Assembly (NCBI GenBank): GCA_027491435.1
Contig: JAOZFG010000034.1
Location: forward strand, 1 to 62,726
DNA length: 62,726 nt
Direction: 5' to 3'
From: Thermoproteota archaeon
GTDB lineage: Archaea; Korarchaeota; Korarchaeia; Korarchaeales; Korarchaeaceae
Part shown: positions 8,475 through 17,480 of the stretch, piece after piece
How the letters are laid out: each line of letters begins with the position of its first letter
Numbering within the stretch: position 1 is the stretch's first letter
Made by a program: the position numbers and the translations under genes
The notes under the pieces: generated by a model
Seen by the model: only the letters and a program-made list of their open reading frames with translations
Database searches by the model: none
Told to the model about the DNA's origin: nothing

Positions 8475-9662
8475 ATGTATAAACTGGAGCATTTTAACAG
8501 GGATCTCAAGATCATGCTCATATCTTCAGTCCCAGCGGGCATAGCCTTAGGCATTTACTACGCGGTGTGGGTGCTCTACCTGAAGGCCGCCGGCTTCGGT
8601 AGCTCGGTGGTGGGGGCCTTTGTCTTCCTGGAAACGTCGGTTTACTCAGCCCTGATGATACCGTTCGGGATGGCGTCCGACAGGTATGGGAGGAAGGCCC
8701 TCGCCCTATCTGGCTACTTTATCTCTTTGACCTCAACAGTTCTGCTGGCCCTCTCCACCAGCCTGGCCCTGATATACGCTTCAGCAGTCCTTAGTGGCTT
8801 AGGAATGGCTCTGTCAGTTCCAGTAGGATCTGCTTGGTTCGCTGACAAGTCTGAAAACGTTTACGAGGAGGCCTTCAGCCTGTCCTATGCCATTAATCAG
8901 GGTTCCATGGCCGTCGGCAGTTTCATGGGGTGGATACCTGAGATCATGCACGGTAGGGGGATGGATTACCTCCAGGCCTACAGGTGGACCCTCCTGCTCG
9001 TAGTGGCGCTCTCAGCCCCTTCCCTACTCCTGCTAACCCTAGTTAAAGAGGGCAGGAGGGGGGAGAGGGTTAGAGCGTCGAGGATGTTCTCTAACTTCAA
9101 CCTGAACGCTTACATACTCCTTACCTTGCTTTCAGGGTTGGCCGGGGGTTTTCTAGCCCCCCTGATAAGTTACTACTTTAGCGTTAAGTACGGGGTGGAG
9201 AGCGGGCCCATAGGGACCATGTACACAATCATATATTCCCTTTCAACTATTGCCTACTTCCAGGCCTACCCGGTGGCTTCAAGGCTTGGATTAGTTAAGA
9301 CAATCCTCTTGGGCCAATCCCTAGCCTTAGCCCTGACGCCCTTGTTAGCTCTATCGCCCTCCTTCACGGTCGGGGGCCTCATATACGTGATCAGGTACCT
9401 GTCTCTCAGATTAACCTCTCCCCTCACCAGCTCGCTCCTGATGAAGATAACCCCTGCAGAGTACAGGGGGTCCATCTTCTCCGTTTACGAGTTTAGCTAC
9501 AGGATGCCCTACTCGATATCCGCAGAGCTGGGTGGCAAAATGATGGAGCAAAACCTGGACCTGCCCGTCTACGTTAACGCTACAGTAAAAGGGCTTTACG
9601 TATTAGGACTAGCCTGGCTCCTCAGGAGGCTTAGGAGAGAAGGTTTAACTGATGTCTCCTGA
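8475..9662 (+). CDS. MFS transporter
   Basis: About 12 hydrophobic helices; MFS motif A 'GMASDRYGRK'. Confidence 0.9.
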   Translation: MYKLEHFNRDLKIMLISSVPAGIALGIYYAVWVLYLKAAGFGSSVVGAFVFLETSVYSALMIPFGMASDRYGRKALALSGYFISLTSTVLLALSTSLALIYASAVLSGLGMALSVPVGSAWFADKSENVYEEAFSLSYAINQGSMAVGSFMGWIPEIMHGRGMDYLQAYRWTLLLVVALSAPSLLLLTLVKEGRRGERVRASRMFSNFNLNAYILLTLLSGLAGGFLAPLISYYFSVKYGVESGPIGTMYTIIYSLSTIAYFQAYPVASRLGLVKTILLGQSLALALTPLLALSPSFTVGGLIYVIRYLSLRLTSPLTSSLLMKITPAEYRGSIFSVYEFSYRMPYSISAELGGKMMEQNLDLPVYVNATVKGLYVLGLAWLLRRLRREGLTDVS

Positions 9663-9678
9663 AGTATGAGGGGGTACC

Positions 9679-10215
9679 ATGTCGCTCGTGTGGAAGTTCC
9701 CCGGAGGTTATAGAAGCTTAGACGTGGGCGAAGCTGGGGTGATCATCTCAGGCTCTGGAAAGGTCATGCTCGTCAGTGAGACCTCCTCCATAAAGTGGAG
9801 CGTCGAGGGCGACTTTCACCTGGCCAGGGTTTGGGAAGGTTGTGTCATGGCAGCTAGAGGGAAAGAGGTCTTGTGCTTGGCCGTGGAGGACGGCTCAGAG
9901 ATATGGAGGAAGGAGTTAGAGGGGAAGGTGAGCTCAATCGAGTTAGGGGAAAGGGCTTACGTTGGCACGGAGTCTGGCAAGGTTTACGCGTTCAACAAGG
10001 CCGGCAAGGTGTTGTGGGAGTACGAGGCTGGGAGTAAAGTTAAGGAGATAAGGGTTAGGGGGAAGGTTTACGTGCTAACCGATGAAGGGCTTCTCTGCCT
10101 CAGCGAGGAGCCGCCAAAGCCCTTCATGAGCTTTCAACCTCCTGAGCAGGAGAGCCCAGAGGAGCTCTCTGGGGAGGGTGAGTGGATCCCGGGAATGGAC
10201 GGTATCTACGGATGA
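9679..10215 (+). CDS. Small PQQ-like beta-propeller repeat protein
   Basis: 'DGSEIWR', 'GKVYAFNKAGKVLWEY' repeats; acidic tail. Confidence 0.65.
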   Translation: MSLVWKFPGGYRSLDVGEAGVIISGSGKVMLVSETSSIKWSVEGDFHLARVWEGCVMAARGKEVLCLAVEDGSEIWRKELEGKVSSIELGERAYVGTESGKVYAFNKAGKVLWEYEAGSKVKEIRVRGKVYVLTDEGLLCLSEEPPKPFMSFQPPEQESPEELSGEGEWIPGMDGIYG

Positions 10216-11452
10216 AGGTCTCCAGCAATGAGAAGTAGCCGGTTGCCGTCCCCAGGGCGAGTATGATGAGGCCCGCCTCTAGGATGGGAATCCACTGGTT
10301 GTTGTAGGGGTTTGGGGAATACTTGCCGGGGCCGCTGGCTAGGGCATAGAGATTGGCTCCCAAGGAGGCCACAAACATGCCCGCTATGGAGAGCCACCCA
10401 CCTAGCCTTCTGGCTTCAAACCAAGCCAGGGCCGTGACTAGAACAGCCACACCCCAGAGGCCGAGCAGTATGTGCCAATGTCCCACGTTATAGGCCAGCT
10501 CTGCCCAGTCCCAGGCCTCGTCCCTGAAGGGAGGGTTGAAGATCAGGGGCTTCCTAAGGCTCATCGCCACTAGGGCTCCAGGCACAGCCACTGAGGCCCA
10601 AATTATCAAGTTCATGGCCAGGAACTCCCATCGACTCCTGCTGAAGTTGAGAGAGGCCAGAGTGGTGGCTGCGATCAGGAGCAAGGCCGCTGGCGTGATG
10701 ATCAGGTGGGCCACTTTGCCTACAGGCCACACCAAGAAGCTGGCCACGGCGGTGACAAGTTGACCGATGCCTACCAGGTAAAGGGCTCTCTTTCCCCGGT
10801 ACCCCATAACCTTGGCCGCTACTAAGAATGCCAGGGTTAGGGCTAGCGATATCATCGCATGTTCGTGAGCTGTTAAGGCCCTCCAGAAGGCGTTTTCCTC
10901 GACTAGGTCTGGGTTAAACCTGGCAGCCCTGAGAGCTTCCACGAACTCCTGCCTGTGCCACATGAAGCTGGATCCAAGCCAACCGCCTATCACGCCCCCA
11001 ATCAGTAAAAGAAGGGTTGTCAGAGCTATATTCCAATCCACCAAGTCCTTAGGCCTGAACTCCGTGAGGAAGGTTAGCCCCGACGTGAAGAGCGTTGCCA
11101 GGCCCAGTATGAAGAGACCGTGCCACTCAAAGCCTCCCAGGTAGCTGTAGCCCATTCCACCGGCTGCCGTGAGGATAGCTCCCAGGGTAAGGGACTTAGC
11201 CTGCCTCTCAGCTACGGGCAGGGCGGTCATGGCTAGGAGGACTGCGAAGATCGAGTGATAAACGAAGGTCACCCTGGCCAAGAACTCGGGCGGGGCGTCA
11301 ACTTCAGCAGCCCCTAACTCGGGGTTAAACCTCCTCTTTACAGGCTCCTTTATCCCTAAAAATGACCTGACACCAGCCATGGGAGGTGAAAGGAGCACCA
11401 TGTAGGAGAGCATTAAGACCAGGATCGTGGACAGCAGCAGGTAAGCTTTCAT
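10124..11452 (-). CDS. 12-TM His-rich membrane protein of unknown function (COX1-like topology)
   Basis: Twelve hydrophobic segments with His in TM2 (YH), TM4, TM6 (HEH), TM8 and TM10 (HWH); start taken at ATG 11452. Confidence 0.7.
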   Translation of the reverse strand: MKAYLLLSTILVLMLSYMVLLSPPMAGVRSFLGIKEPVKRRFNPELGAAEVDAPPEFLARVTFVYHSIFAVLLAMTALPVAERQAKSLTLGAILTAAGGMGYSYLGGFEWHGLFILGLATLFTSGLTFLTEFRPKDLVDWNIALTTLLLLIGGVIGGWLGSSFMWHRQEFVEALRAARFNPDLVEENAFWRALTAHEHAMISLALTLAFLVAAKVMGYRGKRALYLVGIGQLVTAVASFLVWPVGKVAHLIITPAALLLIAATTLASLNFSRSRWEFLAMNLIIWASVAVPGALVAMSLRKPLIFNPPFRDEAWDWAELAYNVGHWHILLGLWGVAVLVTALAWFEARRLGGWLSIAGMFVASLGANLYALASGPGKYSPNPYNNQWIPILEAGLIILALGTATGYFSLLETFIRRYRPFPGSTHPPQRAPLGSPAQEVESS

Positions 11453-11543
11453 AATGACCCGAGTCATATAACTGGGCTTATATATTAGCTTGGAGTGGAA
11501 ACGATGCCTCATCGAATTTAAGTTCTGAATACCTGATCAGAAG

Positions 11544-13010
11544 GTGGATCCTTCCAAAGAGTACGAAGATGAGGTTAGAAGGTTAAGCTCTTTGCTCAAG
11601 CTTGATCCCGAGAGGAAAATTACGCCCAGAGTGGGGGAGGTAGAGTGCCCCTCCCTGGACGGCGAGATCCCATCAGTCAAGAGGAGCTTCATCAGAATGT
11701 TAGCCATCTCCTCCTTCATACCGGTTGAAGCTGATCGGGTAAAGCAGGTTCACGACTTCTCTTGGGCCGTGGCTGGGGTGAGTCAGGACCTCTGGCAGAG
11801 GTGTAGGGAGGTTCCAAGGGGGCCGTTCCACGATTACGACCCCTACGCCCTGCTGTCCCTCCTACCTGGAGATCAGGTGATCAAAAGCCTAAGGTCCTTC
11901 ATCCTTTACCTGAGGGCCTCAGCCTCCTCAGGCTCCCTGGACTTTCCCTCCATGTACGCCTTCCTGTTAAGGTCGGTGAACAGGAGGGTAAAGCTCACCA
12001 AGGCCGACAGGGCCTTCCTTAGGTACGTTTCCCGAAATCCCCGCTGCTTGGACGTTGACATAATAAGGGACCTGAGGCTTACCAGGCCCACGGTCTCCAG
12101 GGTTAGGAAGAAGCTAACAACCCTTGGCTACCTCTTCGGCCCCCATATAGTCAACCTAGCCAAGCTGAACCTGACCTTCCTGGTGGCCCTGGTGCCCAAC
12201 GTCAAGGGGTACAGGGAGGCCTTCTGGGAGTTCCCCTTCACCTATCACCAGGTGATACCCGCCTCCTCCAACGCAAGTTCTCACGTGTTCCTGGTTTTTC
12301 CCAAGGACGGGATAGCCCACCTTTCGAAGAACCTTCTAGATAGAGGAATTAAGGTTTACAGGGTTGGCCTCTACGTCCAGAACTTGTCGGTGGATCCCGT
12401 AAAGGACGTTATGGAATTCATGCTCTCCTCCTACGTTAAGGAGCCTCACAGGGTGTCGCCTCAAGCTGACCCTGATCCGGTGCCCCCCAACTCCCTTGAC
12501 TTGAACGACCTAAAGATATTGAACGTCGTGCTAGCCTATGGGAGGCCTGAAAAGGGCGAACTTTACAGGATGAACGTTGAAGGCATAAGGTACAGGCTGA
12601 AGAAGTTGAGGAGGATGGGGCTTCTCATCAGATCCTACACGCTCCAGCTACCAATAGGGTTGGAGAAGGTGCTTATTAGGGTGAACTGTCCCGAGCTTGA
12701 GGATGTGGGCAAGCTCTACAACGTCCTGAACAGGGTGTCTAGCTTTGTGATAATCTGGATCACTAGGGGGGAGGACAAGGCCTGCCTAGCCTTGGCCATG
12801 CCCAGGGTCGAGGGGAAGGGGGACTTCTTGAGGGCCCTCAAGCTAATATACGGGGACGGGCTCGAGTTGGCGGAGGATTTCTTGGACATACAGCCTGGTT
12901 GGAGAATTCCGATAAGCTTGTGGATAAAGGAGAGGTCCTCATTTGACTGGAAGAAGCCGCTTGATGATTTACTGAATAAACTGGACGAGCAGGCGCGGAA
13001 TTTCAGTTAA
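11544..13010 (+). CDS. Putative regulator with two tandem Lrp/AsnC-like wHTH modules
   Basis: 'LTKADRAFL...TRPTVSRVRKKLTTLGYL' and 'LDLNDLKILN...IRYRLKKLRRMGLL', each followed by an alpha/beta segment. Confidence 0.55.
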   Translation: MDPSKEYEDEVRRLSSLLKLDPERKITPRVGEVECPSLDGEIPSVKRSFIRMLAISSFIPVEADRVKQVHDFSWAVAGVSQDLWQRCREVPRGPFHDYDPYALLSLLPGDQVIKSLRSFILYLRASASSGSLDFPSMYAFLLRSVNRRVKLTKADRAFLRYVSRNPRCLDVDIIRDLRLTRPTVSRVRKKLTTLGYLFGPHIVNLAKLNLTFLVALVPNVKGYREAFWEFPFTYHQVIPASSNASSHVFLVFPKDGIAHLSKNLLDRGIKVYRVGLYVQNLSVDPVKDVMEFMLSSYVKEPHRVSPQADPDPVPPNSLDLNDLKILNVVLAYGRPEKGELYRMNVEGIRYRLKKLRRMGLLIRSYTLQLPIGLEKVLIRVNCPELEDVGKLYNVLNRVSSFVIIWITRGEDKACLALAMPRVEGKGDFLRALKLIYGDGLELAEDFLDIQPGWRIPISLWIKERSSFDWKKPLDDLLNKLDEQARNFS

Positions 13011-13430
13011 AACCGTCGAAGTGAGCTAAGTCGACGTCACACTTTAAAAGGGATCAGCGGAGGGGGGCCTGTCCCGCGGGCGACCTGGGACGGGAGCTAC
13101 ACCACTTGCTCCCTTGAGCCCCTCGACAACTGCCAAGTGTCAGTAAAAAAGTTGAGGGAGTTACCCCCCTAGGCTACTGAGGAGGAGGACAGGGTGGAAC
13201 TAGCGGTGTACCCTCCATTTTTTACCCTGAAGGTGGGTCATGGAACCCGCCAATTTGGATAATTATCTTCGAGATCTCGCCCTAAATCCGGATTTCCTTA
13301 GGGTTAATTTGGTTATATGAGCTCCTATGAACCAGGATCTCACGTAAAAATTTATCCTGGTCAGGAGGCTGACGCTGGGCGACGACATGCCCCTCTAAAT
13401 AAAATTCCCAATGTGCTTCAGGTTTATCAC

Positions 13431-14948
13431 CTAAACGCTAACGAAGAAGGCCTTCTCCCTTATCCTGTTAATTAAATCGCTTATCCTATCCCTGTAATCA
13501 TCCATAACCATTTTGTAGGCGGGATGATCCCAATTTATCTCGTAAATTCTCACTCTGGGCTTTCCCACCCCTCTTCTCCTGACTTCGCTCTCCTTTATCA
13601 CGTCCCTGGTCATTAAGTCTGTGAGGGCCTTCCTCAGCTTAACTGGACTGTTTTCATGACCGCACTCCATTAGAGGTTGGAGCTCCATGGCTGAAAACCC
13701 AATTCCCTTCTCCCTGTCCGCCATCTTCTCGGCGGCCACCTCTACCTTTCCCTCACACCTCTTTCCGAACACGATCTTAGCGAGTTCGCCCAGGATTACC
13801 TTGAAGGCCTTCTCCTTTATCAGCTTGGCCTTCCTGCCCCTCATCCTGTAGAACCTAGAGCACGTGATCATGTCCACCTCCCTCTTAAGGGCGAGGAGGG
13901 AGAGCAGATCTCTCAAGTAGGAGTCCAGCTGAAGGACCAGGAGCACATCTGGGGACCTACCTGATAGCACCATGGAGGCCACCTTGATCAGGTGGACCTG
14001 TTGAGGGTCAACGTCCAAAGGAATTGGGGCGTTAAGGTAGTAGGAGTGATAAGCTTCATCGATGCCCAGGGCGTTGTACACCCTCCAGTAGATCATCTCA
14101 AACGATTCCAGGTCCATGGAGCCCAGGGAGAGGAGGACGTGGGGGTTCAGGAATATCAGGCCCATCTTGACTGGCCAAATCCCAGACCATATGTGAGAGT
14201 TTTCTAAGAAGACTTTGAGCCCTAAGGCCAGGTCCACCGCCATCCTGGCGACTCTCCTCTTCTTCCTCCTGTAAGTGTGGAAGTTCCCCTCTTTCTGACC
14301 TGAAGGGACGAAAAAGGGCAGGACGAATCCGTCCCTGGACACGTAGATCTCTTCGGGAACGTAGTCCTTCCTCACCTTCACGTTGACCAGGACCCTCTTC
14401 AAGGGGGCGACTAACTCCTTTATCACGACCTCGTCCAGGGGATAACCCATTACCATGGCCCGCCTGTACTCCTGCTCGTCCAGCTCTATAACTGGGTAGA
14501 CCTCGGAGAAGTAGTGGGAGGCCTTCTCCAACTCCTCCCTGACTACGTTATCTGCCTTCATGGCTTTCTCTATCCTCGCCTTGACGCTCCTGATTATCCT
14601 CCTCCACCCTGCTGATGTTTCATCCAGGTTATTCAGGACGTTTAAAGTCACCCTGTAAGAGGTGAGGCCGAAGCCATACCTCCTGACCTCCAAGACGGGA
14701 ACTTGGTTGGACAAGAGCCCGTGCTTAGCTGGCACTAGGTCCAGGCCGGACTTATCTAAGCTGAACCTGAAGTACGAGCAATGATCCTTTAGGACCTTCA
14801 AGTCGAATATGCTGGACCTCCCTACCCTTTCAGAGCACAGCTCCTCCATCCTCTCGCTTTCCCAAGTTGGAGATTCAACTTTAGTGGGGTTGTAAGAGAG
14901 GTAAACCCTGGCCAGCGTTAGGACTATCCCTTTAACCTCCATCTCCAA
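13431..14948 (-). CDS. Hypothetical protein with probable C-terminal winged helix
   Basis: Long ORF with host-like codon usage; 'LRKALTDLMTRDVIKES...GKPRVRIYEIN'. Confidence 0.6.
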   Translation of the reverse strand: MEMEVKGIVLTLARVYLSYNPTKVESPTWESERMEELCSERVGRSSIFDLKVLKDHCSYFRFSLDKSGLDLVPAKHGLLSNQVPVLEVRRYGFGLTSYRVTLNVLNNLDETSAGWRRIIRSVKARIEKAMKADNVVREELEKASHYFSEVYPVIELDEQEYRRAMVMGYPLDEVVIKELVAPLKRVLVNVKVRKDYVPEEIYVSRDGFVLPFFVPSGQKEGNFHTYRRKKRRVARMAVDLALGLKVFLENSHIWSGIWPVKMGLIFLNPHVLLSLGSMDLESFEMIYWRVYNALGIDEAYHSYYLNAPIPLDVDPQQVHLIKVASMVLSGRSPDVLLVLQLDSYLRDLLSLLALKREVDMITCSRFYRMRGRKAKLIKEKAFKVILGELAKIVFGKRCEGKVEVAAEKMADREKGIGFSAMELQPLMECGHENSPVKLRKALTDLMTRDVIKESEVRRRGVGKPRVRIYEINWDHPAYKMVMDDYRDRISDLINRIREKAFFVSV

Positions 14949-14992
14949 GGGAGAATAATGAAATAATTTTTACTTTTCGGTCCAAAAAAGGT

Positions 14993-16858
14993 TTAGGAGG
15001 GGAGCACACCCATCTCCTCCATTCTGTCGGCTACTTCCTTGAGGCCCAGCCTCTCCAAGGTTTCCCTGGTGGGCCTGCCCTTGACCCAACCCCTAACCTT
15101 GTAGTATTCCGGCAGCATCTCGCCGAGCCTAGCTACCTGTCCCTTAGACGGGCCGGAGGGTATGGGTACCTTGGTCAGCCTGTCGGGCAGGGTGTCGTAC
15201 TCCTCACCGTCGCCGAAGGCCATGGCGTTAAAGGCCCTCTCAGCGTTGTATATCCTCTCGCCGACCGTGCGGAACTCCTCCACGCTCATGTCCCACCCTG
15301 TAACTGCGCTGACCTGGGCGGCTAGCTCCTTGTCCCAGTAGGCGAAGGTTACGAACTTGCAGACTACCATGCTGTCTAGGGCCGCGAACACGTCTTGGAA
15401 CTCCTTGAGCAAGGGTGCCTTCCCTTCAGTGGAGGTAGGGTCAAGCTTCTCGGGGACTCCCAGTATCTCGGGAGATATCATGTAAGCCCTGAGGTGACAC
15501 CCTCCCCTGTTACTGGTAGCGTAGCCCAAGGCGTGCCCCTGCACTCCCCTCGGGTCGTAGGCCGGGAGGGATTGTCCCCTGACCTGCATGGAGATCTCGG
15601 GCATCCCATACTTCTTGGCCAGCCTGTAGCCTCCCATCGATATGTCGTCGCCTATCCCGCTCCTATAGGCGGCACGCCAGGTCATCTCCACCAGGGCCCC
15701 GGCGTTTCCAAAGTTCAGCTCGACGCCGTCCAGCACCTCCTTGGGTATCTTGCCCTTCTCGTAGAGCTCCATGGCCACTGCTATCGCGTTACCCGTCTCT
15801 ATTGTGTCCATTCCCAGCTCGTTGCATAGGAAGTTGGCCTTGGTGACCGCGTCCAGGTCACCGACTCCGGTGTTTGCGCCTAGGGCCCAGACGGTCTCGT
15901 ACTCAGGACCGTCCCCTTCCCCTTGGAAGGGCTTCCTAGTCCTGGTGTACCTGCCGCAAGCTATTATACAACCCCAGCAGGGTTGTTTTTTCACTAAAAT
16001 CTCAGCGGCTATCCTCTCACCGCTTATGTTCTCTGCCTCCTCGAAAACAGCTTCCTGGAAGTTTCTGGTCGGGAATATTCCGGCCTGATTTATTATGTTG
16101 ACCAGCACCGCGGTCCCGTAGTTGGGTAGGGCCTCGTTGGTCACTCCACTTGCCTTTTTCTTCTCCACAGCGTCTCTTAGCACTTCCTGGAACTTCTCCT
16201 CGTCCCCTATTGGTACCTTCATGCTCCCCACGGCGACTATAGCCTTAAGCTTCTTGGAGCCCCACACAGCCCCATGGGCTCCCCTCCCCGCTGCCCTGCC
16301 CATGTCGTTTATTATGGCTGCTAGGAGGGAGAGGTTCTCGCCGGCAGGCCCTATGGCTGCGACCTTAGCGTTCTTCCCGTGCCTCTCCTCCAAGATTCTG
16401 GTAGTGTGATGGACGTCCTTACCCCAGAGGTCCTTAGCGTCCCTTATTTCAGCCTTTCCTTCCTCAAGAACCACGTAAACAGGTTCCTCGGAGGCACCCT
16501 CTATTATCAGGAAGTCGAAACCGGCAAACTTGACGTAGGGCCCAAAGTGTCCGCCGGACTGGGAATCGTGAACCGTGTTTGTAAGGGGCGACTTGGTTAC
16601 GCTAACCCACCTTCCAGCCTCTAGTCCAGCGGCTACCCCCGTCACCGGGCCTGTGAGGACGAAAGCCTTGTTGTCCGGGCTTAGTGGATCTACTCTGGGG
16701 TCAACCTCCTTCAGCATTAAGTAGACCCCAAGCCCCCTGCCTCCAATCCACTGCCTCATAACGTCCTCGGGCACCAGGTCAAAGGTGTTCTCAACCTGAA
16801 CCTTGCCCTCGGTGAGGTTAATACGGGCGTACTTACCCATATACCCTCCTTTAGGCAA
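14993..16858 (-). CDS. aor: Tungsten-dependent aldehyde:ferredoxin oxidoreductase
   Basis: 'IGGRGLG', 'KSPLT', 'IGPAGENL', 'CWGCIIACG', 'GPEYET', 'YDPRG', 'RGGCH'. Confidence 0.93.
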   Translation of the reverse strand: MPKGGYMGKYARINLTEGKVQVENTFDLVPEDVMRQWIGGRGLGVYLMLKEVDPRVDPLSPDNKAFVLTGPVTGVAAGLEAGRWVSVTKSPLTNTVHDSQSGGHFGPYVKFAGFDFLIIEGASEEPVYVVLEEGKAEIRDAKDLWGKDVHHTTRILEERHGKNAKVAAIGPAGENLSLLAAIINDMGRAAGRGAHGAVWGSKKLKAIVAVGSMKVPIGDEEKFQEVLRDAVEKKKASGVTNEALPNYGTAVLVNIINQAGIFPTRNFQEAVFEEAENISGERIAAEILVKKQPCWGCIIACGRYTRTRKPFQGEGDGPEYETVWALGANTGVGDLDAVTKANFLCNELGMDTIETGNAIAVAMELYEKGKIPKEVLDGVELNFGNAGALVEMTWRAAYRSGIGDDISMGGYRLAKKYGMPEISMQVRGQSLPAYDPRGVQGHALGYATSNRGGCHLRAYMISPEILGVPEKLDPTSTEGKAPLLKEFQDVFAALDSMVVCKFVTFAYWDKELAAQVSAVTGWDMSVEEFRTVGERIYNAERAFNAMAFGDGEEYDTLPDRLTKVPIPSGPSKGQVARLGEMLPEYYKVRGWVKGRPTRETLERLGLKEVADRMEEMGVLPS

Positions 16859-16994
16859 AAATTATCACCTTTGTATCAAGGGAGGTCATAGCAATTAAAG
16901 TTTGCGTTGACACTTGGGAATATTACGTAACAGCTATACGTTATTCACCAAGGTAAGAACGCATGATTATATTGTTAAAGCGTTCAGATGGTAG

Positions 16995-17255
16995 ATGCCA
17001 AGGGTTAGGGTGAACCTGTTCGCCCAATTCAGGGAGCTTACCGGAGTTAAGCACGTGGAGCTAGAGCTTAAGGAGGGGGCCACCGTGATGGACATGTTGA
17101 GGGAGATAGAGGAGAGGTACCCCAGGATGAGGGGCAGGCTCACCTCAGAGGGAGCTCAATACGTCCTGATGAAGGGGGGACAGTGGCCTAAGAAAGAGGA
17201 TAGGGTAGAGGACGGGGACGTCTACGCCCTGTTCCCCATAGTGGGAGGGGGTTGA
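16995..17255 (+). CDS. MoaD/ThiS/SAMP ubiquitin-like sulfur carrier
   Basis: 'VNLFAQFRE', C-terminal 'FPIVGGG'; divergent from aor. Confidence 0.88.
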   Translation: MPRVRVNLFAQFRELTGVKHVELELKEGATVMDMLREIEERYPRMRGRLTSEGAQYVLMKGGQWPKKEDRVEDGDVYALFPIVGGG

Positions 17256-17440
17256 TCAGGAGGCCATGAAACCCGCTTCAATAAAGCTAAGAGCCCCTAA
17301 ATTAACTAAAGCTTTGTTCGAAGGAGCGCCGGGCTTTCCCAGCTCAGCTACAAATTAACGTTAAAACCCTCAGCCAACATTCCTAAAAAGGGCTTATAGC
17401 TTAGACGTAAATCCCTAATACAAATGAAGTCACAAGACTG

Positions 17441-17458
17441 GAAAAACTTATATTATAC
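17441..17458 (+). promoter_or_regulatory. BRE/TATA-like promoter of the giant surface protein gene
   Basis: GAAAAACTTATATTATAC upstream of a GGAGGT RBS at 17487. Confidence 0.5.
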
Positions 17459-17480
17459 TATTGATCGATGATCCTATGGT

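Noticed and set aside
13040-13430. tRNA, 5S rRNA, SRP or RNase P RNA in this gap
   Set aside because: No T-loop, SRP helix-8 or RNase P conserved motifs found on either strand.
14993-17255. aor divergent from a MoaD-like gene as a novel pairing
   Set aside because: Common, well-known association.
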